From the human T2T-CHM13v2.0 reference genome, Homo sapiens, in NCBI RefSeq assembly GCF_009914755.1, contig NC_060927.1: a stretch of 64,000 bases of DNA; one strand, given 5' to 3'. The position numbers and the translations under genes were made by a program. Below are positions 1-13,696 of the stretch, in pieces (positions within the stretch are counted from its first letter, which is position 1; each line of letters opens with the position of its first letter). The notes beneath the pieces were generated by a model, which saw nothing but the letters and a program-made list of their open reading frames with translations, was not told where the DNA came from and did not search any database.

Positions 1-151
1 TCTTCACCTTTGCTTTATACTCCTCGACACAGCTTAATTGTAAGAGAATGAAGAAGATAGATAGAATGTCTAGCTGATTTGTTACATATTGGTGAACAAC
101 TTCAATTTTAGCTCCTATTTTAAACTCTTCCATCCTTTCCTTCTGTCATCA

Positions 152-589
<438 letters not shown>

Positions 590-1994
590 TTAGTAAGTGT
601 TAATGGTTTGGTAAGTTTTTTTGATTCAACACTGAGAAAAATCCATTACTAATGGAAAGCTCAGAAATAACATGACCCTAAAAAGATTTTAGCTTAGTTT
701 TGTTTTGTTTTGCTGATTATATTTTAAACTATCCACTCAATGTCAAGGTCTTCAGTAGTGCTAATGAATTAGTTATCTCTGAAACGCATCCTGGAGTTCA
801 TTGTAAATAAATACTGTTGCAATTTAAATATTGATTCAGGAATAAGTGCTTGAGATTGCAAAATATATTTTTTAAAAGAATGCTGTTATTTTTGTTTCTT
901 TATGGTGAATAAAAAAAGCTTTTGAGTTTGAATTTACTCATATGAGAGCTAAAAACTTTTACAATACATCCCCCCAAGAAAATATATTCAGAATTTAAAA
1001 AGGGAACACAGATATTAGAAGAAATATCAGATTCAGTCCAGATTAATCACAGAATGAATCAGATAACTATTCTTTCACAAATCATGCTATTTCTGAAATC
1101 TAATTATTATTAATGCCAACATGCCATATTTTTAATGGAAATTCTTTTAACATTTTAAAAAATCTTCCATCATCCATACAATAAACCCATAAATGTGGAA
1201 GCATTTTTAACATGCCATTATTTAGAATGTTTTAATAATAAAAACATCTGAAATCAAGTTTTACTTATTCTTTCCTGTAACAGAGAGCTGACATATAACT
1301 TTAAAAGATATTTGCCATGCGGGAATTGGGGATGTTGAATCAAAGAATATTCTTAGATTGTATATAATCTCTTTTATAAAAAAAGTATATCTTGAATTCA
1401 TATTTTTGCTTTTTCAAGGTAGATTTTGCTCTTTCTTTTGGCATCTATTTTTCTTTTGCAAAATGAAAGACCGCAAAATATTTGCAAGTCATGGTTTCAT
1501 AAGATATGATTATAAAAAGATAAGCAATGCAAATCCTATGCATCTTGTTTTCCGTACCTTTTTAAAAATTTTCTTTTGCCTTTACAGATTTACTTTCTTA
1601 CACTCCCTCTAAAAATATTTTCTGTTTAAGAAGGGGAAAAAAATGGCTTGTGACAATTTGCATAATATGTTAATGTGGATGTGCATCTAGACATCTGGAT
1701 GGCATTTTAATATCTCATTCTCATTCAAGGAATTAGACCTCACACAGATGGTAGAGACAATTTTAAGAGCAATGTTGTAAACAAATAAGGCGTCCAGGAA
1801 ACCAAACACACTCCAAGATAGGCTTTGCCGCCAAAGAAGCTTTTTAGTGAGATGTTTTGACTACAAGATTGTACAGCCCTTATCAGTCTCTGACAAAAGG
1901 AGAGGGACCAGCAGGCAGTTTTCCTATGCAAAAGAAAAGAACAAAAAATGTGCCACCAGTCATGAATTTTCAATTTTGAACATTTTAAATATTA

Positions 1995-2105
1995 AATATA
2001 TTTTATACACATATACAGAATATATGTATGTGTATATATATGCATGCATTCATGTGTACATATAACATATACATGTGTGTATGTACATACATACAAGCAT
2101 ATATT
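1995..2105. repeat. (TA/TG/CA) low-complexity simple repeat
   Basis: Alternating purine-pyrimidine tract TATATGTATGTGTATATATATGCATG. Confidence 0.7.
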
Positions 2106-2204
2106 TTAATAAAGTAGACCTATACAATTTAACAATAAGTTGACCTCTTCCTCCCTTCTGTTCTTAGAAATAACTGGAGTCAAACCTCTGCATATTAAAA
2201 ACAC

Positions 2205-2428
2205 AGGACTCTGGAATTGTTTGGTCTACGTTTAAAACGCAATCCACCATTAACTAGCTTTGTTATTTGGGCAGGTGACTCATTCTCTTGTATGTGTTTT
2301 GTCATCTGGGATAATAATCCTTGTGTCACAGCGTTGACAAAAACATTAAATGCATTAATTACACATCAAACGTTTAGCACGTGCCAATGCATAGGTAGCA
2401 CTCAATGCATGTTAGTAGTTATCATTGT
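2205..2428 (+). mobile_element. MIR SINE
   Basis: MIR core-like GGGCAGGTGACT...GTCATCTGGGATAATAAT and 3' end AGCACGTGCC...AGCACTCAATGCATGTTAGT. Confidence 0.75.
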
Positions 2429-3362
2429 TTAATTTTTACTACTTTTTACTTTGCTTTATTTTTGAATCTGGCCATCTCTAACACAAAAACATTTGACTTG
2501 TTCTTTTACGTAGTAAGAAAAGATTTCTGGGTCTCCTGGGCTTGTGACAAGGACCCAGTCTCTGGATTCAGACAGACTGATCGTTACACTTGAGTATATC
2601 TCATACCAACTAGACTGTCATGAAAACTCTGTCAGAGTCAGCTTGCTTATGTAGCAGAGGAAGCACAGTTCCGAATTCACTGGATTATTTTGCCCATGTG
2701 ACAATGCACATGAAGTAAATGCTTTTGGATGTGCCTATTTTTAGGTCACATGTCTTTTTACTGAGATTTGCATGGTGACTTTTACCCAAAGGATTGCACA
2801 TCCAGCAACCATATTTCTCCTTTCTCTATTTCTCTGATACTCATTGATTAATTTGAACGAATTAAGATTTGGGATTCTGAAGTGTTTGGCTAAGCTTTTA
2901 AGATAAGGATGTTGCATTTGACGAGCTCGCTGTCATGTTTGTCCTTAATTATGCCAAAAGAAGTAACAGTTTCTCAGGACAGACAGCCAGAAAAGGAGTT
3001 AGAGGGGTGAACATCCATCTAGAAGAGAGAGAAGACACTCAGCATGGAACAGAGAAAAGACAGAGTGCCTTTTCTTGGGTTCCATATAACTTCCTTTTCT
3101 TCAATTCCATGGCACATCTTAGATTCATTGAAATTGACTTTTGTATGCATCTTGTATGTGATAGGTTTCTTTCATATAGCTAAACTATCCCAGATTAAGA
3201 TGACAAGTAACTAGATCATTGGTGGGACGGTGTATTCAGTTAGCCTATGTTGCCTATAGAACACCAGTGAGCATTAGCAGATTGCATACTGTAAATCCAT
3301 TTTGAAGACCACATCTATTGTGAAATTTGGAAATGAACTGACAAACCAGGGAATGAAAAGAG

Positions 3363-3530
3363 CAGGGATGGCAAATCTTTGGTATACCCTTGACAGACAT
3401 CACTAATCAATCATAGCTTCTTTTCCCTTGAATACAGAGAAAGTCTTGGAATGCTTTTCATTGAATGATGTCATGAAGGCACTCAATTTCATTAAGAGAA
3501 GTGTGGGATGTAGTATGAGAAATAAGTCAA
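3363..3530 (+). mobile_element. hAT-Charlie type MITE fragment (subfamily uncertain)
   Basis: Starts CAGGGATGGCAAAT (hAT TIR-like) and contains CAGACATCACTAATCAATCA. Confidence 0.45.
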
Positions 3531-4282
3531 AGCAAGTTGTTTAGGACTAACCCTGGGAATAACTTTCTAAATGGGCTATATATTCCATGTGATACATAGG
3601 GCAAGTATAGTGTCTTAAAGGAGATGTACAAAATGAACACAAAGGATGCAAAAAATGTTTTACATTGTTCATGTTTTTAAGCAACTAAGTGAGATCTGAA
3701 TGAAAAGGCAAGTTCATAAAAGCAAAACAAAACAAGACACATCATATTTTATTAGGGGCCAAGTAAATTTAACAGACAATGAGAGCAATAAGATGTAAGA
3801 GGTCATGTGCCCTGAGGACTTGGAGGCTGGCCAGGGCTGATAGGTTGTGGGGAGAGCATTATAAAGCTGTGCATGGGCACCAATGAGCAAGACAAGTTGT
3901 CTGGAGCAGACATTCATACCGGAAAACAATGGGAAATAGAATTGACGGACCAAACAGGAAATAAGCTGTGAAAATCCTTGAATCCATACTAAGAAATGAG
4001 AACATCTGTAGGCAATGGAGAACATTTGGAGAGTTCAAATATGTAATTGTGGATATTAGAACGGAGGGGGATCCTAAGAGATCAGTTGGCCTAGCCCATT
4101 GCCTTAATGCAGGTGTGTTCATATTATTTTACTTGATAGAAATAGCTGATTATTTATGCTCAAAACGGAATTTCTCATGATAGTAAGGGGAGAAGAGATG
4201 GCTTAGTTCTTTATTGAAGTTTATATGATTGTATTAGTATATTGTAGTTTATTGCATATATAAGATCAGTATACACTTACAG

Positions 4283-4541
4283 CAGGGTTTCTCAACCTCA
4301 GCACTTTTGCCATTTTGGACTGGAAATTCTTTTTTTGAGGCAAGAGGAGTCTGAATTATAGGATGTTTAGAAGCTTCCCTGGTCTCTGTCTCTAGATGCC
4401 AGTAGTTACCTGTACCTCTAGTTGTGACAGCCAAAAGTGCATCTAGATGTTGCTAAATGTCCTCTGTGGGTCAAGATGCTTTTTTCAGACATTACTAAAG
4501 GTCCTCTGTACATTACAGTTATCCCTGGTGGAGAATCACTG
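4283..4541 (-). mobile_element. MER20 (hAT-Charlie MITE)
   Basis: Reverse complement of MER20: CAGGGTTTCTCAACC...GGATGTTTAG...TCTAGATGCCAGTAG...GTTGTGACAGCCAAAA...GAGAATCACTG. 8-bp TSD-like ACTTACAG/ACTTGGAG. Confidence 0.85.
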
Positions 4542-4829
4542 ACTTGGAGCAAGAATTTCTTTTTTAAAATTGAAATAGAGAAAGCACTTGCCTAGAGTTC
4601 AAAACAGAATATTGACATATAATTAGGTAGTGATTTGCAGGATAAGTTAGAGAAGGTAGAAATGGGAGGCAATGAGAATATACAAAAATGATCATGTCAG
4701 TCTAGAAATGAATAGATGGGCTTATAAGCTAGAGCTCTGTGGCTCTGATAGTAATAGAGGCACTGATAGTAATAGAATAGCAGCAGTTGTAATGGTAGTA
4801 GAAGCAGCATTAATTGTGCAGTCATAAAA

Positions 4830-4980
4830 GTACTTCTCACAATTACCTTTAGAAATGTTTGCTACTATGGTTATCCCCATACTGCCGATGAGGAAGCTGA
4901 GGTTTAGTGGTCACCCATGGCAATGGTTGGGATTCCAACTCCTATCTGTCTTGCTTCCAACACTTTCTATTGCTTCATCT
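4830..4980 (-). mobile_element. MIR SINE fragment
   Basis: TTATCCCCAT...GATGAGGAAGCTGAGG...GGGATTCCAACTCC, the MIR core in antisense. Confidence 0.65.
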
Positions 4981-5884
4981 CTGAAACAGGTTTTGCATTC
5001 AAGTGGTTGACAGGAAAAAGCAGTCTGAATGGTCACACTCTCTGTTGTTTGTTAAATTATACTATCCTTCCCAAAATCTCACTCTCTTTATTTCGAGATG
5101 TGAACAAAAATTGTTCCCCCTAAGAACAGCATAGGCTGGTACAACTTAGAGCCCCATCTGCTCTGGTTTGTTGGATACCGCCACATTACATTAATTAGTA
5201 GAGAGAGAGCATTCACATGCATAATGTGCCCATTTTTCAAAAGCATATTTTACATGGTTGTGTCTTTTCCTTAAAAATTCATTACAAAGATAAGAGTGTG
5301 TTTATCACATAAATACAGCCAAATTATGGCATAAGGGAGCTTTAAGAAAATAGATAAAAGAAGTTATAAAATTTTAGACATTATAAAATATTTGTTACTG
5401 ATATTATGCTATGTTTTTCATGCTATCTTAAAGACTTTTTATAGATATTATTCTATGCTCACAACTAGATTTTGCAATTCCAGCATGCCCATGAATGGAG
5501 GAAACCTCCAGTTAGCTTGAACTAATTAGCTTCTTTTGTGAAATGTCCAAGCTGCTAATTTCTGTCCTTTTATTTTAAAATAGAACACCTTTTGTTTATT
5601 TCTCTGAGACACAGATTTCTCCTACAACTCCAAGTAGGATAAATAAAAGGAGAAAAACTCCAGAAAGAACTGTTTGGAGTTGGTTAGAAGATTGTCCAGA
5701 TGATCTTTATTTTAATGTTGGGAAAATATAGATGCCTATCTTGGAATCAGCAAATAAATTATACTCATATTAAATTTCATTCTAAATTTCTGACTTTACG
5801 GTTTATTTTATATATATAATATATATAAATAAAATTTTATATATGTATATCAGTAAACATATGAAACCATGCATAGTACATAAA

Positions 5885-6040
5885 AACTAGGTTCAAGTAG
5901 GAACTCAGTTTACTTTGTTTCTCTGAGCTGTAGTTTCTCAATATGTGAGGTGGGAATAAAATAGGAACTTCACAGGCTGTTAAATGTGCCAATGAGAGAA
6001 TGTATATAAAATGCTTACACAATGTCTAGCACAAACTATA
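5885..6040 (+). mobile_element. MIR SINE fragment
   Basis: CTCTGAGCTGTAGTTTCTCAATATGTGAGGTGGGAATAA...AAAATGCTTACACAATGTCTAGCAC. Confidence 0.65.
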
Positions 6041-8709
6041 TTACATATGGTGACTCTCCTATGGTAACAGCTATTTACCAATCTCTGCAGTTGCCTTAAT
6101 GGAATTGTAACAAAACTGGACATGAAAGGCTATTGTAATTTCAGCCCAATGCCTAACATTCGTGGAAAAACATTTCAGCTTTTCTATGCATAGCATATTT
6201 TTCTCCACCAAACATCTGTGAAGGTGATTTTCATTTAACTATTTAATGGGTCAATAACCTCCCTTCTATTTTCATATTCCATCTACATCATCAAAAAAGA
6301 AATTTTAATTACCCTTTGGATAAATAATAGGAATAAAATGGCATGAATCAAAACACAGGGTTTATGCATATTCTCTATGAAAAACTGAACTAAAATGTTG
6401 TTAATAAATTTTACACCCATTAAGGAAGTGTGTGAGTCTACCTGGTAGAATTAAAGTATAGTTGAAACTATTGCTGTGGGATGAAATTATGCTCACTTTA
6501 ATACTTCCGATATATTTTCTTTGTACTAGAAAAAAAACAGATATTTTAAAAATGCCGCATTTATCTTTATCTCTCTGTGCACATGAGGATTTCATACCTT
6601 ATTTTCACTTGAGTTTCTTTGAACAATGAAAACTTTGGAGGAGTGTATGCTATATTAGGAATTTATTAGATTTCATCAAATGGCAGGTGGTTATGAATTT
6701 TGTTTCCAAAAAGGAGACCTGAGGGATATTCCATATTAAGGGTTTTATTCCCTTTTGGTGGAAACATGCAAATCATTTGTTTTTGCTAAAAAAATCTATG
6801 AAACATTTCTTTCATTATTTCCCTTGGGAATGGCAGCTCGCTATTATTCGTAATTGTAAATGCAGTTGACATTTTGAAGTTTATGTTCATGGGAATAAGA
6901 TATTTTTTGGACATTTTAGTGATGCCAAGCCCAGGAAAATCTAGTTATTTTTTGCAATACACATGTATATACAGTATGTTAATTGGAGTAACAGAGATGG
7001 CCATTTCAAATTTGGCTCTGTTATTCATCTTTTTTTTTGGAGGCAAAGAGTGTTGGTAAGCGAATTTAACCAGAAGAGCAGTAGATTCTTTTGAAATAAT
7101 GACATAGTGGAAAATAAAAACACATATACACCAAGAAACAATTTGTGAGCTAAAACATGATTAAATTTAATCTGTTGCCATAAAGTAGAAAATGTTCGAA
7201 ACAAGGAAGACTGTGTACTTTCAGCTAAACTGAAAATAAAATGACAACAAAAAAGCAGGACTCTCCACAATTCAAGACTTGCTGCTTCTATGATGCCACA
7301 CTCTTGATTATTTACCCCTGCTATATGAATGAGTGAGTGTTAACACTGATGTATTACACCTAAAAGACTGGAAGAGCATCTTTGATTCCATTCCAGTCCA
7401 CCACGTCGTGCTAGAACCAGGACATCTGCCCTCCATAGTAAATCTCCATAAAATTTTACTGAGGAGAAAAGAATCCTCTACATATGAGGTAGAGATGTGA
7501 ATCAGACAAGTCCTTAAATGCATGATTCATCTAACTGCCTCTGAATAATTGGTTAACTTCAGCCACCTGTATATATAAGCATGTAGGTGTTCAATGCCAC
7601 CACACACTCTCCACAAACAACAACTGCCCAGGGTTGCCAAAAGATAATTGCATGGTGGCAAAATGTGCTGCTTGAACAGTGCCAACGTAAAGGATAAAAA
7701 ACCAGGAACCACACTGTAAGGAAGTGAAGACTGTATTATACTAGGAATTCCACCTTAGACTCCAATCTGACCATCTGAATCTGAATCGGACTATAGTGGA
7801 TGGACTGATGCTACCCTGCAGCCTTACTTCCTTAACTTTGTTTCCCCAGGCCCTAATATAAACCCCAGGCAAACAGGCATACAGCTGTATGCATTTGGCA
7901 GATTACTATCCATTTCATTGTTCAGTTGTTCTGGAAAGGCACCGAATGCAACTGAAGCCTGGAAACATTAGGAAAAATGGTACTGTTCCTGATATCTTTG
8001 TTTCTTCCTAAATGACAGTTGAAGGTAACTTTCCTTTGTACAGTTCTGCCTGCCGTTAGCAATTTTCCAAAATTAAATACCATATTTTGTGTTTGATAGG
8101 CACAGCTGTGTCTGTTACCAAGGGCAAGCCCACCTGCACAGCACTCTGTGTTCATTTATGTACTGAGAACTTTATTTAGAACCCAGTTTTACAGAAAAAA
8201 ATCAAGTTGGGTGAACCAATTTTGAGGGCAGTGAATTCTTGAATTCTCCTTTGGGGTTATGAAAAGGGAAAATTTATTTGCTTCTGATAGAAGTAATATA
8301 GGCCTAGTGGATATCTTAGCAGTGCAGAAAATAGGATGTACCATCTACCTATATTAACTGTGTGTGCATTAATTTCTGAATCTGGTTTTAAAAACTCCAT
8401 TGTGTTCTAAACCTGATAGTTTGGAAAGTTGTAAGACCGAGTCTAGAGACTCATGTTAAAATTCTAAATTTTGGTGCAAGAGGAATAGCTCTCGTTTTTG
8501 CCCAAGCCACTTTATTTTTCAATGTCTTCATTATTTTATCTGCCAATTGAACCCATCAGAGTAGAGGAATTCCCAGAATTATTTGAAGCTCTGAAAGTTC
8601 TACAATTTGGGCTAGAGAAATGGAATATATGAATTCTACCAATTAAGACACCAACTCTTCAGGCAAAATTAATTTAATACTTGGGGTATGATGGGTTGAC
8701 CCTGAATAT

Positions 8710-8940
8710 TTACAAGATACTAACACTGGAAAATGTTAGTGTGTCACATGGGACAAGAGTCTGTTAAGGTGTTCTACAAGAATGGGAGGTTGTGTGGTTA
8801 AACATTTGGCATGCTTGGCACATTTTTTCCCTCTTCCTGGAGAGTTATAGTTTGCATTCACATTTAAAGGATCTGAGAAATCCTGCAGAAAAGAAAATTA
8901 TGTAGCTTTGTTTAACCCAATGTTTCCCAAACTTAGTGGA
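8710..8940 (+). mobile_element. hAT-Charlie (Charlie4-like) DNA transposon fragment
   Basis: TTAAAGGATCTGAGAAATCCTGCAGAAAAGAAA...TTTGTTTAACCCAATGTTTCCCAAACTTA resembles the recalled Charlie4-type consensus. Confidence 0.55.
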
Positions 8941-8949
8941 CTTTATGCA

Positions 8950-9416
8950 TTCGACATCTTTCCTTTGCTCTTCCAAATTAGTCTTCAGCCTTCCCTACCC
9001 TGCTCTGTGTTCATGAAACTGACGTGTGTGAATTCTAACTTGGAGTTTTCTTTCTACTGGCTCCTGGTTGTTTGGCTGTCAAGAGAAACTTCTGGAGGAA
9101 TGACGGCAGGAAAAGGTATCTGAGGAAGAGAGAAGTAAGGTGCTTGTTTCCCTGGCTTCCTCTCTCCAAGCTGACTGCATCTGCCCACCAGAGGTCACAT
9201 TTCTTGTCACGTGTTCTCTCCACACATTTTCCTTCCAGATTCCTGCAAACTCTTATTTCCCTCCATCCTTTCAGGCATAGTCTGTAGGTTACTGCCTTCC
9301 TTTTCAATTTTCCTATAACCTGCCCACATCTATTCAAATAGTGCTTGTTTTAGACATTCCTCAAATTACCAAATTTGAGTGTCATCTTTTTTCTGCAGGA
9401 AGTCTGAGTGATATAT
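8950..9416 (+). mobile_element. ERVL solo LTR, LTR33-like
   Basis: 3' end TCCTCAAATTACCAAATTTGAGTGTCATC...CTGAGTGATA matches the LTR33-type terminus. Confidence 0.65.
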
Positions 9417-9719
9417 ATACACATGGTATCTTTTTTACCTTGCTGATGCATGCCATTTTTATGGAAAAGCAAACTGCTATATTTAAAGTGAGGAAAATTA
9501 TTTTGGTATCAAAGTGTCTGAAACACTGTTGTTGCTTGACTTGCTAACTAATTATTGTCCGAACCCTTCTCTATGCGTAGATATATCCTAAAACCAAGTC
9601 AGTGAAAACAGGTCCTTCTGAGTTTATTTTACCATTGTCAGCTTTCTTTTTGCTCTCAGTGGGCCCATGAGTGATAACTATCTCCACAGTTAGACATCAG
9701 TAAGCCATGCCATTTACCT

Positions 9720-9830
9720 GATTTGTCAACAGACATTTGTGAAGCATGTTTGTGTGTGTGTGGCATTGAACTAGATGCTGAGAATAAAAAGGTAGAGAAA
9801 GATTAACATGATTCCCAGGGTATCCAAAGC
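9720..9830 (-). mobile_element. L2 3' end fragment
   Basis: TCAACAGACATTTGTGAAGC...TGGCATTGAACTAGATGCTGAGAATA. Confidence 0.5.
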
Positions 9831-9874
9831 AGCCTGTATGCCCACCAATACAACAATAATAAAATGTGAATACC

Positions 9875-10120
9875 GATAATAAATGTTATAATACCTAACA
9901 CTTACATAGCTCTGAGTACAATAAGACATTTATATAGTTTGAGTGCTTTATCTGTATTAACTCATTCAATCTTCCCAACAACCTTATGAAAAGCTACTGT
10001 TAATTATCTCTATTTGACAAATAAAAAGATGACAAAGTCAGGCTAGATGAGTCTGTTCATGTTCACATGTAATTAAGTGGTGGGAGTGGATTTTTAGTCC
10101 ATGTAGTCTGGTCACAGAGA
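9875..10120 (-). mobile_element. MIR SINE
   Basis: TAACACTTACATAGC...TGCTTTATCTGTATTAACTCATTCAATCTTCCCAACAACCTTATGA. Confidence 0.75.
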
Positions 10121-10342
10121 AAGTATAATTAAAAAATGACAAGGAGATGTGCAATAGGAGGGCTTGGCTCAATTGAGATCCAAAGGGCAAAAAAGTAAAG
10201 AGAGAAGAGTGTTTCAGAAGGGAAGAACTTGTGCAAAGATACTCTTAAATTGTCTTGACGCTGTTTCATCAGGGCAGACGACATACAAAAAGGCCAGTCA
10301 AAATGGAGTTGTTAAGAGGTGGTCTATACAGATACATCAGTT

Positions 10343-10850
10343 AAGTACACGCACTTATATTTTCTTTGCTGTGCTATTCACGATAACAAAGACATGAACT
10401 CAACCTAGGTATCCATTAGTGGTGGATTGGATAAAGAAAATGTGGTACATACAGGTACCAAGGAACACTATGCAGTCATAATAAAGAATCAAATTATGTC
10501 CTTTTAAGCAACATGGATTAAGCTGAAGTCCATAATCGTAAGTGAATTAATGCAGAAACAGAAAATCAAATACCACATGTTCTCACTAATGAATAAGAGC
10601 TGGACATTGAGTTTACATGGACATGTAGATGGAAGCAGTAGACACCGGGGACTAAAAGAGGGGAGAGAGAGGTGGGGAAGGGTTGAAAAACTACCTACTG
10701 GATCCTATGCTAACTACCTAGATGACAGGATCCATACCCCCAAACTCAGGATTATGCAATATACCTATGTAACAAACCTGCACCTGTATCCCCCCATATC
10801 TAAAATAAACACTAAAATTTAATTAAAAAATAAATTAAAAAAATGAAAAA
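10343..10850 (+). mobile_element. 5'-truncated L1 3' end, L1PA15/16-like
   Basis: GGATAAAGAAAATGTGGTACAT...ATGTAACAAACCTGCAC...TAAAATAAA plus A-rich tail. TSD-like ATACATCAGT (10332) / ATATATCAGT (10851). Confidence 0.9.
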
Positions 10851-12438
10851 ATATATCAGTCATTGACTTTATTGCCCTGATAACGTAGCAATGGCAACTT
10901 CACATGTTGACTTAAAACTTTGATTGTCAACCTTTGGTGTTTGCAGGATACTTAAAAAAACTGGATTATTTAATGACACTCTTGAAGGAATTAAAGTATA
11001 AAAAAGTTATAGAATATTGAAAACATATTTCCATACTTATTGAATTAGTTGTTTTTAATTTGAGGAGAACCAAAAAACTCTTTACTGTCCTGACCATATT
11101 CTCTGATACAGTCATAATGCAAATTTCTTACAATTTCTGGCATATAGGGCATCTTTCTTTAACACTAGCATGCCTTTACACGAAGCCTTATCACTTCTTT
11201 GCAGCAACTTGTTCCACAACTCACTGAGTGTGCATTGTTCTGCCAGAGACATCACTGTAAGAGTATGTCGTGTCAAATGTAGCAAAAATTGTTTTTATAT
11301 GGTATCAGTTATAAAGTGCTTTTGAGGACTGTTTCTTGCTTCCCTGAGAATGCTGACAAGCAGAGTAAACTAAGTGCTCCAATTTCTAGGTTCGGAAAAT
11401 TACCCATTTTAGTCAGCTTCTGCAGGGCCTTCTAGGACAGGGCACAGCAAAAACACCACTTCTGAACACCCCAATCCCCTGGACCACATCTAGAGGACTA
11501 CAGAAGGTAAGAGGGAGAATTCTCAAAGTTGTAGTTATCCATAATCCTACCCCTTCTTATCAAGAGGAGGAGAAAGGCATTGAACTCTCTCTCATCCCTG
11601 CCTTTTACAGATGGTTCTGGAATATGGACAAAAGGAAAGGAGAAAAATGGCTAAGGTGCCAGAGGAAATTCCCAAAGCAGCCTGCATTCCCTCATAAATC
11701 AAATGTATAACATGGAACTCACCTGACACTTATATCATCTTTTCAGTGCTCCAATGGTCATACCCACAAAGAAAAGGGATCCAGGCAACAAGAGGATGGA
11801 GGGTAGATTGGTCTTGGACCCGGAGTTTAGGTCAAGGTGATGTTGAGGACTTTGAGACAAGAGTGTACATTTTAGTTATTGAATTACATCACAGAAATAA
11901 TCACACCAGCCTATATTTTTCACCAAAAATGAATGAAAGGAAAATTATATCTGTTCTAGGCAGATGGAGGTCAAAGGCTGCTCTAGATCCAGAATCTTAA
12001 CCTATATCAAGATTCATGTTCGTGCATAGCTTTATTGAAACTCTTGGCTCAAATTGACTTACTTCCCTAATGTCAAAATTTGAGAGCCCATTTGTAAAAT
12101 GGCTTAGTGTAATGCACTGTGGATGATCAATCAAGAGTCACTAGTCTGTGTTCCTATTGGAGAAAATAATATTGCTTTTCTGTTTACATCTGTGTAAGAA
12201 ATTTCACTTAGACATGAATGCTAAGAAAAACTACAATCCTTTCCAAGCAATAGACATATCCTTTTATGTTTCATAAAATTATCTCTTCATCTGGGATAGT
12301 AGAAGTTTTTATTCAGGCTTGCTTTATGCTTTCTCAAAACTACGGTTATGTTTAACATATTTGCTTTATTTCTAGTCCAATGCCTTTGTCATATTTTATG
12401 TTAACATTTTGTGTTGAACTATCTAGACTATCTACCTT

Positions 12439-12464
12439 TATCTATGTATGTATGTATCTATCTA

Positions 12465-12500
<36 letters not shown>
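12439..12500. repeat. Compound tetranucleotide microsatellite (TATG)n(TATC)n(TGTC)n
   Basis: Directly visible tandem units. Confidence 0.9.
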
Positions 12501-12501
<1 letters not shown>

Positions 12502-13696
12502 TTTATTATACCAAAATCTTCTTGCAAGTGTTGATGTCTAAATAAATTTGATAATGTTTATTAGATAACCTTCATTTGTAATTGATTTGCTCATCTGTTA
12601 TCCATAGAACTTGGAAGCGTATTTGTAGATAAAAGTTACAGATGTATAGATACATTGATAGATAATGCAGTTATATAAAAGTATATATATTAAATTTTAA
12701 CCATATAAATATGTAACCAGACATATACAGATTTTAGTAAACTTCTTTTGACTTTTTATTTTTAAATGTGAACAAAAATAGTTGGTGATAATGGTGTCTG
12801 AATCTGTGGTCTCAATTATAATCTCACAACTCCAAGTTCCCAACACAGTTGGAAACATCATTTATCTACCGAATTCTTCTGTTGGTGTTTTTCTCCCAGG
12901 GAAGCAGAGAAAATAAAGAGTTCTCTGCTTTTAATGTTTCTGCTTTTTATATTTGTCACAGTGCTCTGCTTTTAGCAAACACCCTGATACACTAAAAGTT
13001 TGCTTTTTATTTAACCTTAAAAATTTCTTTGGTAAGCTTGTCCTAAAAACTTGACCCAGAATTATACAAATGCCATTCAAACATCTATTTGTGCATCTCT
13101 TTTTTTTTCACTTCAACTGAAAATATACTTTCTCTAAAATGTACATTTGCAATAGGAATATATTACTGATGGTGGAAATAAATTTCCATGTAAATTCATA
13201 TTGTCCTTCTACATAGTGAAATGACAGCTTTTTGGAAGTCACGTGCACACAGCTCCCCAGGGAATCTCACATCTATTATCCATTTCATGCATTGTGAGGC
13301 TTTTATGGCAATGTCCATACCCTTCATTTTAGATAGATCTATCAGTCTCTCGGTACTACCCATGCACTTTGGATCACTAAGACTCCTCCTGAGTAGATGA
13401 CATACTAATATGTGACTAGTAATTGAATTTTTGACATATGCAAAAATGTTGTAACATAGATAAGAGAGAAAGTGCCATAAATAGATATCTAAAAGAAGGG
13501 AACAGATGGCCTCTTTGTGAAGATGTTTGGATAAAGCCAAAAAATGACAAACAGATGGTTTATACGTATGGGGTAGGTTGACAGTGGAACCTGAAGCTGG
13601 TGGGGCATAATGCACAGAGCTCCAACTTTTCCTAAAAAAACCTGAAGTTTGGTCTATAAGAGGAAAGTATTACAGACTTCATAAAAACATAGACAA

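Noticed and set aside
9182-9199. CTCF-like motif CCACCAGAGGTCAC in LTR33
   Set aside because: It has a mismatch at a core G position and no independent support.
13196-13615. 139-aa ORF just downstream of the L1 fragment
   Set aside because: It has no recognisable domain or splice context and is consistent with a chance ORF.
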